This document shows, piece by piece, positions 57,617 to 64,000 of a DNA stretch of 64,000 nt. Source of the DNA: an uncultured Bacillota bacterium. Its GTDB lineage: Bacteria; Sysuimicrobiota; Sysuimicrobiia; Sysuimicrobiales; Segetimicrobiaceae. The first letter of the stretch is position 1; each line of letters begins with the position of its first letter. The notes under the pieces were generated by a model. It saw only the letters and a program-made list of their open reading frames with translations, ran no database searches and had not been told where the DNA came from. Made by a program: the position numbers and the translations under genes. The DNA lies in NCBI GenBank assembly GCA_963804645.1, contig CAWDRG010000009.1, forward strand, positions 716,693 to 780,692, read 5' to 3'.

Positions 57617-58357
57617 ATGACCGGGCTGCTCGGAACCGGGGCAACGCGCGCCGCCGATCTCAACCTGCTGGCGCAGCTCGCGATGGCGGCGGCCCTGACG
57701 GTGGGGATGTTTCTCGCGCGAGCCGGGCGCTTTCGCGCGCACGCTTGGACCCAGTCGACGGTGCTGCTGCTGAACCTCGTCGCGATCGGCAGCGTCATGC
57801 TGCCGTCGTTCCGCCGGCAGGTCGCGCCCTCAGTGCCGTCGGGCCTGCACGATCCGTATTACGTGGTGGCGACGATCCACGCGGGGCTCGGGACCGTGGC
57901 AGAGCTGCTGGGACTCTACGTCATACTCGTGGCGGGGACCAAGATGTTGCCGAGCCGTTTGCGCTTCCGGAACTACAAGTTGTGGATGCGGACGACGTTG
58001 GGTCTTTGGTGGGCGGTTGTGCTCCTTGGCATCGGTGTGTACACCCTCTGGTATGTGGTGCCGTCGCCTGCCGCGACGCCCCAGGCTTCGCAGCCGGCGA
58101 TGATGATGGTGTCATTGAAGAACTTTGAGTTCACCCCCACGCAGATCACGGTTGCTGTCGGGACCACGGTGCAGTGGACGGATACCGGCGGACGTCATCA
58201 AATCGTCGCGGATGACGGTTCGTTCAAGTCCGACGTGCTGTTGTCGGGCGCCACGTTTCAGCAGAAGTTCGACAAGGCCGGCACATACCTGTACTACTGC
58301 CAGTTTCACGGCGGACCGAAGGGCCAGGACATGTCCGGGTCGGTTGTGGTGAAATAG
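57617..58357 (+). CDS. membrane-anchored cupredoxin (DUF420-like 4-TM domain fused to a plastocyanin/azurin-like domain)
   Basis: Four N-terminal TM helices. C-terminal type-1 copper ligand set (GRHQIV ... YYCQFHGGPKGQDMSG: His, Cys, His, Met). Confidence 0.75.
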   Translation: MTGLLGTGATRAADLNLLAQLAMAAALTVGMFLARAGRFRAHAWTQSTVLLLNLVAIGSVMLPSFRRQVAPSVPSGLHDPYYVVATIHAGLGTVAELLGLYVILVAGTKMLPSRLRFRNYKLWMRTTLGLWWAVVLLGIGVYTLWYVVPSPAATPQASQPAMMMVSLKNFEFTPTQITVAVGTTVQWTDTGGRHQIVADDGSFKSDVLLSGATFQQKFDKAGTYLYYCQFHGGPKGQDMSGSVVVK

Positions 58358-58601
58358 GCCTGCCACTTAACGCGAGAACGCCTGGTCGGCCAACACGGCG
58401 AAGCGGTCGCGCGCGGGTGGGTCGCCCTATCCATGGCCGTGTCTCCTGTTGTGGGTATTTGTCCCTTATTGGGCTGTACGGCTTGGGCGCACCCTGATTG
58501 GGACCGCGTCGGTTGCGCTTGAGTCCCGACTCGGATCTCAGTAAATGTCTTCTCGAAGACCTGCTAGAGTCGTTCGAAGCCGCGACGTGCCAATCTCTTA
58601 T

Positions 58602-58629
58602 TGTTGCTGGTCCGGATCTCTTGTATACT
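58602..58629 (+). promoter_or_regulatory. promoter of tRNA-Thr
   Basis: -35 TTGTTG, 17-nt spacer ending in TG, -10 TATACT, about 18 nt upstream of the tRNA 5' end. Confidence 0.5.
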
Positions 58630-58646
58630 GACACCTGGCTCGACGA

Positions 58647-58721
58647 GCCGGCGTAGCTCAGCGGTAGAGCAGCTCATTCGTAATGAGCAGGTCATCGGTT
58701 CAAATCCGATCGCCGGCTCCA
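58647..58721 (+). tRNA. tRNA-Thr (anticodon CGT)
   Basis: Manual cloverleaf: acceptor GCCGGCG/CGCCGGC, D-arm GCTC-AGCGGTA-GAGC, anticodon arm GCTCA-TTCGTAA-TGAGC, T-arm ATCGG-TTCAAAT-CCGAT, discriminator T, encoded CCA. Confidence 0.9.
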
Positions 58722-58860
58722 CGTATTTCCCGTAGATTCCGCGTTTTCTGCACCGCTTCCGAGGCTTCGCCGAGCCACGTTCGCGTGAGATCTTGAGAAT
58801 ACATTGCTTCTCCCAACCGGACAGTGGTATCGTCAAAGCAACACCCCCCAGGAGGACATC

Positions 58861-59349
58861 GTGAAGCTTCTGATCATACGCCACGCGATTGCCGTCGCTC
58901 GGGACACGGCGCAGGTGCCGGACGAGGATCGTCCGCTCACCGAATACGGGAAGCGACGCTTCAAAACGGCGGCGCGCGGTTTGGTCCGAATCTGCGGGCG
59001 TCCAGACCTGCTGCTGACGAGCCCGCTCCTCCGTGCCGTAGCCACGGCTGAGATAGTCGCCGAAGCATGGGGCGGGATCACCCCGACCCATGAACCAATT
59101 CTCGCCCACGGCAGCCCGCAGGACCTCATCAACGTACTGTCGCAGCATACGGCACACCAGAAGATCGCCATCGTGGGGCACGAACCGTTGCTTTCGGGGT
59201 TGCTGGCCCGGTTGTTGGGTAGCGGGGAGCACCGAAGCCTTACCCTTCGAAAAGGCGGGGTCGCCCTCGTCGACATACCAGGCCCGCCCTCGGAGGGAGG
59301 ACGACTCGACTGGTTGCTGCGTCCGAGGATCCTCCGCGAGCTCGCATAG
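58861..59349 (+). CDS. histidine phosphatase-family protein (SixA-like phosphohistidine phosphatase)
   Basis: GTG start 5 nt after AGGAGG. LLIIRHAIA (RHG motif) and the conserved His in IVGHEP. Confidence 0.75.
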   Translation: MKLLIIRHAIAVARDTAQVPDEDRPLTEYGKRRFKTAARGLVRICGRPDLLLTSPLLRAVATAEIVAEAWGGITPTHEPILAHGSPQDLINVLSQHTAHQKIAIVGHEPLLSGLLARLLGSGEHRSLTLRKGGVALVDIPGPPSEGGRLDWLLRPRILRELA

Positions 59350-59465
59350 ACCTCTGCAGCGTACCGCTGCGCGCTCGTGCACCTTCCCGGCGCTTCCTTT
59401 GCTGAAAAGACAACCTGGACTTTGTCGGGATACTGTCAGAGCAGCGCACTCAGAAGGCGCGGGTC

Positions 59466-59490
59466 ACGAGTTCGAATCTCGTCGGCGGCT
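59466..59490 (+). other. orphan tRNA 3'-half (T-arm + acceptor 3' strand) without a matching 5' half
   Basis: ACGAG-TTCGAAT-CTCGT followed by CGGCGGC-T. No complementary GCCGCCG within 120 nt upstream. Differs from both tRNAs in the window. Confidence 0.4.
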
Positions 59491-60040
59491 CTAGTGTTTA
59501 GCAAGGGTTTCCGCACGTTCCATCCAGCCGTCCCCCGCGCTTTGCGTAATCTTACTAATCCGCGCGTCGGAGCCCGACCCCAGCATCCGTTCAGCCACGA
59601 GTGCTGCCGGCCGTGCATCTGCTGGTGATGTGGGCGCCACCGGATCCACGGACCGAGCGTCCATTCGGGACTGCTGGACCCGTCCGTCGGGTGTTCATCG
59701 CCTGTGGATGTTGAGCAGTGCCAGTGTGCTCGATGCGGCCGGCACCTGCGAACACCTTCGCACCAGAACCGTCGGGCGCGGTGAGCCGTGGTCGGTCACG
59801 GCGCGCACGCTCGAAGTGCGCGCCGGCGACGGGCTGGCGCCCGATGCCGTGCAGGCGCTGCGGCGGACCGTCCACAAGGAATAGGTTCTGAGATGGGGCC
59901 AGACCATCGAGTGTGCAACTCTGCACAGTGGGCCAATTCGTGCCGTGCTACACTCAACACAAAGGGGTGCTTGCTGAATCGGCAGGCGGTACCTCTTGCG
60001 TCAGCCGACGAATCTCAGAGAGGGAAAGGGAGGAACGGCC

Positions 60041-60274
60041 ATGGCGCTCGACAACGATCGGAACCGTGTGTTGGCCTCGCTACGAGATCGATCGGAAAGC
60101 GTCGACTGCGCTGCTTTGGCCCAGATCGTTGGGCTCGCCCAACAAGCGGTGGAGCGTCATGTCCTCTACTGCGCGGACTACGGTCTGGCCACATGGAAGC
60201 GGCAGCGCGATGGCTTGGGGCGGGTGGCGATTACTGCCAGGGGCCTCGACTATTTGGGCCGGCAGAGCCTGTAG
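60041..60274 (+). CDS. small winged-helix-like DNA-binding protein (77 aa)
   Basis: SD AAAGGGAGGA 6 nt upstream. MALDNDRNRVLASLRDRSESVDCAALAQIVGLAQQAVERHVLYCADYGL is wHTH-like. Sits in a lower-GC block. Confidence 0.45.
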   Translation: MALDNDRNRVLASLRDRSESVDCAALAQIVGLAQQAVERHVLYCADYGLATWKRQRDGLGRVAITARGLDYLGRQSL

Positions 60275-61018
60275 GACGCCCGATCGGATGCCCATCGAAC
60301 TTGGTGGCGCGTTCGGTCACCCACATCCATGTTCACCGCGCCTTTACGCAAATCATGGACATCTGGCCTTAGGACACAATCTGTGGCGAGGTGCCCCGTG
60401 GGCAAATACATCCGGGCGAAGTCTGGGTTACCGTGGCCCGTGAGCGGAACGTATGTCTGCGATAAGTGCCACGCGCGCACACGAGCCGCATCGGTGTCAT
60501 CGCACCGCGATGTCCCACCCCTCGTGGAGACCAGCGTGCGTGTAATTGTGCCTACTTCGTGTTGAGTGAAGATGCTCGCCGCCAAGATGACACGTCGCAA
60601 AGCCTCAAGGTGACTGCATCACGTGATGCGGCGCCACCGATGCCCGGTACTGTCCTGATAGGATACTTCCCAACGAAGCACGTGCGTCGCGTCGTCAAGG
60701 GAGGCAAGCAAGCACTCCACGCCTGAACCGCCAGTGCCACCGCTGCCGTGGTAGCGGATACAGCGGACGGCAGCATACGAACAAGACGCAGCCGCCGGTA
60801 ACGTAGATCCAGCACCAATCTGAGCTTACATCTTGGCGTGTGCCTCTGGAGTGAGCGAGATGTCGTCCACGACCATGCGTATCGAGGACTACGGACAATA
60901 AGCGTCTCTACACACACCAGTTGGCAGACGTTTGCTCGCCGAGTCGATGGTCTAAGATTAGGGGCGGTTCAATCGGGCAAGGTTATGCGGGCCGCGAGGC
61001 GCTGCGCGGGAGGGACCG

Positions 61019-62062
61019 TTGATGAAAGCTGTGAGGAAGCTCGCTCCCGGATTTGGACATGTGGATTATGTTGACGTTGCGAAACCGGAACTTACACGTG
61101 GATATGTGACGTTGCAGGTGGAGGCAGCCGGGATCTGTGGTACGGACCTGCATATTCACGATGGCGAGTATGCAAGTCAGCCACCTGTCACGATGGGTCA
61201 CGAGGTATCTGGAACCGTATTCGAAGTCGGTGAAGGGGTGACTGGATGGCGGCCGGGCGATCGTGTCACCACAGAGACTTTCTTTTCCGTGTGCGGCCGA
61301 TGCCGATACTGTCGAGGTGGGCAGCCCAATCTCTGCCCGGAGCGCCACTCGATCGGATCTGGGGCCAATGGAGGGTTTGCAAGGTACCTTATGGTGCCCG
61401 CGAGTAACCTTCACTTGCTTCCCAATGAAGTGTCATTTGCGGCGGGGGCTCTCACGGAACCCCTCGCTTGCTGCGTGCATGCCGTTCAACGCGCGGGCGT
61501 TGTTGTTGGGGATGTGGTTCTCGTCTCAGGCCCTGGCCCGATTGGACTCCTATGCGTGCAACTCGCCCGTATCGCAGGGGCGCACGTGGTCGTTACGGGA
61601 ACCGACGCGGATGCGATCCGGTTGAAAAAGGCCGCCGCTTTAGGAGCGCACACGGTGCTGAACACTCAGCATGACCCCGAGAAACTCAGGCCCGTAGTTG
61701 GGGAACTCACGGATGGGGCCGGGTTTGATGTCGTGATGGAGTGCGCCGGCGCACCGGCGTCAGCAGCCAGTTGTCTCGCCTTCGTACGCCGTGGCGGCCG
61801 CTACGCGCAGCTGGGTCTCTACGGAAAAACGATCCCGATTGACCTCGACGCAGTGTGTTTCAAGGAGCTGACGGCCACAGGGACATTTGCTCAAATTCCG
61901 TCGGCGTGGCAGACGGCGATAAGGCTGATGGCTTCGGGCCAAGTAAGCACGGAATCCTTGATTTCCGAAATGGTCCCGCTATCACAGTGGGACAGGGCAT
62001 TCGACAGTCTCCGTCGGAAGAACGCGATCAAGATCTGCCTCTTCCCAGACGCTGACAATTGA
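61019..62062 (+). CDS. zinc-dependent alcohol dehydrogenase (MDR family; threonine/sorbitol dehydrogenase-like)
   Basis: Catalytic Zn ligands (C..GTDLHIHDGE...GHEVSG), structural Zn CGRCRYC...C, Rossmann motif GPGPIGL. Noticeably lower GC and atypical codons. Confidence 0.85.
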   Translation: MMKAVRKLAPGFGHVDYVDVAKPELTRGYVTLQVEAAGICGTDLHIHDGEYASQPPVTMGHEVSGTVFEVGEGVTGWRPGDRVTTETFFSVCGRCRYCRGGQPNLCPERHSIGSGANGGFARYLMVPASNLHLLPNEVSFAAGALTEPLACCVHAVQRAGVVVGDVVLVSGPGPIGLLCVQLARIAGAHVVVTGTDADAIRLKKAAALGAHTVLNTQHDPEKLRPVVGELTDGAGFDVVMECAGAPASAASCLAFVRRGGRYAQLGLYGKTIPIDLDAVCFKELTATGTFAQIPSAWQTAIRLMASGQVSTESLISEMVPLSQWDRAFDSLRRKNAIKICLFPDADN

Positions 62063-62324
62063 GCGGTCCACCCGGCGTCGTGGCGCCATAGATCCTTGTC
62101 CGAGTCCAGAGTGACGTGCTGATTCCGTGAATCTCGCGGGCGACCTCTCTACATCGCACGTCAGATGGGGCGGTTGTGGGAGATTCCCCGAAAACGCACT
62201 CGGAATACGCACGCCAGTGGCCGGATCTCCATGTCCACTCCGGATTTCCGCACCAAGCTGACGGATTCCGCTCGGGACTCCTTCGTATACGGTGGTCGTG
62301 TCTTCCCCACGGTGTCGCCCACTT

Positions 62325-62420
62325 CTCGCGATCGAGACGCGGGATCTCGACTCGGCGTGCCACCACCTCAAGATGCTTCGCGACAGTGCCCCGCCGCGCC
62401 ACCAGTCGGGCGGGCTCTGA
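62325..62420 (+). pseudogene. fragment duplicating the 3' end of the XRE/TPR regulator gene (compare 2821-2916)
   Basis: About 85% nucleotide identity over ~96 bp, by hand alignment, to the last 32 codons of the 1618-2916 gene. Reads IETRDLDSACHHLKMLRDSAPPRHQSGGL* versus AIETRDLDAARHQLKMLRDSAPPHHPSSGF*. No upstream coding continuation. Confidence 0.6.
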
Positions 62421-62542
62421 GTTCCGGAATGCGCCGCGGCACGGCGCCGACGGGTCGCGCAGAGACGCCGCTCCACCGGCAGGATCGTTCTTACGCGCCT
62501 CCGAAGGGTGCCCACGCCGACGGGCTGAATCGGGGAGGCGGT

Positions 62543-63922
62543 ATGTTCGATCTGGTGATTCGGGGCGGCACCCTCGTCACGGCGGGGCAGACCGGCGTGG
62601 CCGACGTTGGCATTGAAGAGCAGCATGTGGTGCAGATTGGCGGCGAGATGCGCGGACGGCGGGAGATCGCCGCGGCGGGCCTGTACGTATTTCCTGGCGG
62701 TGTCGACGCGCACGTGCACCTGAGCCAGCCCGCGCCGCCCGCGCCCGGGCGTGAGTTGTGGGTAGATGACTTCTTCAGCGGCTCCCTCGCCGCGATCGCT
62801 GGCGGGGTGACCACCGTTGGCAACATGACGTTCCAGTGGCCGGGCGAAACCCTCGTGGACGCCCTCGAGCGGGATCTCAAGGCGGCCGCCCGCGAAGCCG
62901 CGGTGGATGTCATTCTGCACCCGGTTCTCACGGAACCAACCGACGCCGTGATCGCCCAGATCCCCGCGCTCGCGGATTCCGGCCACACGAGCCTTAAGAT
63001 CTTCATGACCCGCTCCAACTTCGAGCCCCAGCTTGAGCGGTATCTCGAGGCGATGCGCCAGGCCGGGATGGCGAAGATGCTGACCCTGGTGCACTGTGAG
63101 GATGGGGCGGTGATGCGGTTCGTCCACCAGCGGCTCGCGGCCGAGGGGCGCGATGCTGTCCGCTACTATCCGGACAGCCGGCCGGTGTACACCGAGGCGA
63201 GCGCGACGGAACGTGCGATCGCGATGGCCCAGGCAGCAGGCGCTCCGATCTACGTCGTGCACCTTTCATCGGCGGCGGCGCTCGCACACTGCAGACGCGC
63301 CCGCGCCGCGGGCGAGCGGGTGTACGTCGAGACGCGGCCACTCTACCTATACCTGACGCGGGAGCGGTTCGAGGAGCCGGATGGCGCGAAGTACGTGGGC
63401 GCCCCGGCCCTTCGGGAGCCGGCCGACGTGGCGGCGCTCTGGGGCGGCCTCGAAAGCGGCGACATTCAGTGCGTCTGCACCGATCATGCACCGTGGAACC
63501 TTCGCCAGAAGCTCGACCCCACGCTGACCGTCGCGAACGCGCGACAGGGGGTCGCGGACCTCGAAACCCTGATGCCGATGCTGTTTTCGGAGGGGGTCGT
63601 GAAGCGGGGCCTGTCCCTCAGCCGGTTCGTGGAGCTCACGAGCACGAACGCCGCCAAACTCTTCGGCCTGTACCCGCAGAAAGGCACGATCGCCGTCGGC
63701 GCCGACGCCGATCTCGTGGTATGGGACGCCAAGCAGCGCCGCAGGATCGACGGTGCGTTGATGCAGTCCCGTGCGGGTTATTCCGTGTACGACGGGCTCG
63801 ATGTGCAGGGATGGCCAGCGTACACGATCAGCAGGGGAGAAGTCGTGCTGGACCATGGAACCATCTCTGCGCCGCGGGGCCGCGGCCGGTGGGTGAGGCG
63901 GGGCCCGACAGCAGCGCTCTAA
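62543..63922 (+). CDS. dihydropyrimidinase/D-hydantoinase-family cyclic amidohydrolase
   Basis: Metal-binding motifs GGVDAHVHL, carboxylated-Lys region SLKIFM, HCED, CTDHAP. GGGGAGG SD precedes MFDLVIRGG. Confidence 0.85.
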   Translation: MFDLVIRGGTLVTAGQTGVADVGIEEQHVVQIGGEMRGRREIAAAGLYVFPGGVDAHVHLSQPAPPAPGRELWVDDFFSGSLAAIAGGVTTVGNMTFQWPGETLVDALERDLKAAAREAAVDVILHPVLTEPTDAVIAQIPALADSGHTSLKIFMTRSNFEPQLERYLEAMRQAGMAKMLTLVHCEDGAVMRFVHQRLAAEGRDAVRYYPDSRPVYTEASATERAIAMAQAAGAPIYVVHLSSAAALAHCRRARAAGERVYVETRPLYLYLTRERFEEPDGAKYVGAPALREPADVAALWGGLESGDIQCVCTDHAPWNLRQKLDPTLTVANARQGVADLETLMPMLFSEGVVKRGLSLSRFVELTSTNAAKLFGLYPQKGTIAVGADADLVVWDAKQRRRIDGALMQSRAGYSVYDGLDVQGWPAYTISRGEVVLDHGTISAPRGRGRWVRRGPTAAL

Positions 63923-64000
63923 CCGCCTCGACCACGGCCTATTGCTGGTGCCCGGCTCCCCGGGGACAGATTGGATAGAGCGAATTTAGGTTTGCACACT

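Noticed and set aside
59401-59493. Possible complete tRNA or tmRNA at the tRNA-like T-arm/acceptor fragment
   Set aside because: No 5' acceptor strand complementary to CGGCGGC within 120 nt, and no foldable anticodon arm. The sequence does not fit tmRNA tRNA-like domain pairing either (no GGGG 5' partner, no CCA). Kept only as an orphan 3'-half.
60329-60565. 78-aa ORF with C-x18-C-x2-C-H (possible zinc ribbon) in the low-GC patch
   Set aside because: No SD, an odd composition, and overlap with other equally plausible short ORFs. It is insufficient to call, though the region deserves a proper search.
1-64000. CRISPR arrays or other regularly spaced direct repeats
   Set aside because: No spacer/repeat periodicity seen on reading. 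The only notable repeats are the three gene paralogs and the ~96-bp regulator 3'-end duplicate.

Overview
High-GC (about 70%) bacterial chromosomal segment, gene-dense, dominated by transport and catabolic genes rather than a classical mobile island. It contains two tRNAs (tRNA-Val CAC, tRNA-Thr CGT), each with a near-consensus sigma70-like promoter. A DUF2283 gene and a frameshift-ridden IS5/IS1182-like transposase lie next to tRNA-Val, and that element has truncated an FAD-dependent oxidoreductase. The most unusual locus (6.9-17.0 kb) is a GntR/HutC-regulated sugar ABC uptake cluster carrying three divergent paralogs of an uncharacterised ~580-aa protein family; each copy conserves a C...CxCxxC cysteine cluster, and I suspect a glycosidase-like function. 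Other units are a Dpp-type ABC transporter with RraA-like and cupin genes; a VapBC pair; a methyltransferase coupled to a DUF318 permease; an operon of sugar ABC, MlrC(M81), creatininase-family and DegT aminotransferase genes; an orphan pilin; a dagK-ugtP-MFS-deacetylase-LysE-MFS operon; pyk and trxB; gamma-glutamyltransferase; and a secreted truncated hemoglobin next to a membrane-anchored cupredoxin. A lower-GC patch (59.5-62.1 kb) lies downstream of tRNA-Thr, flanked by an orphan tRNA 3'-half and by an ~85%-identical duplicate of the 3' end of the regulator gene at 1.6-2.9 kb. No CRISPR array was found, and no ABC ATPase genes accompany the three ABC permease sets in the window. Many long antisense ORFs in the track are GC artefacts and were not called.
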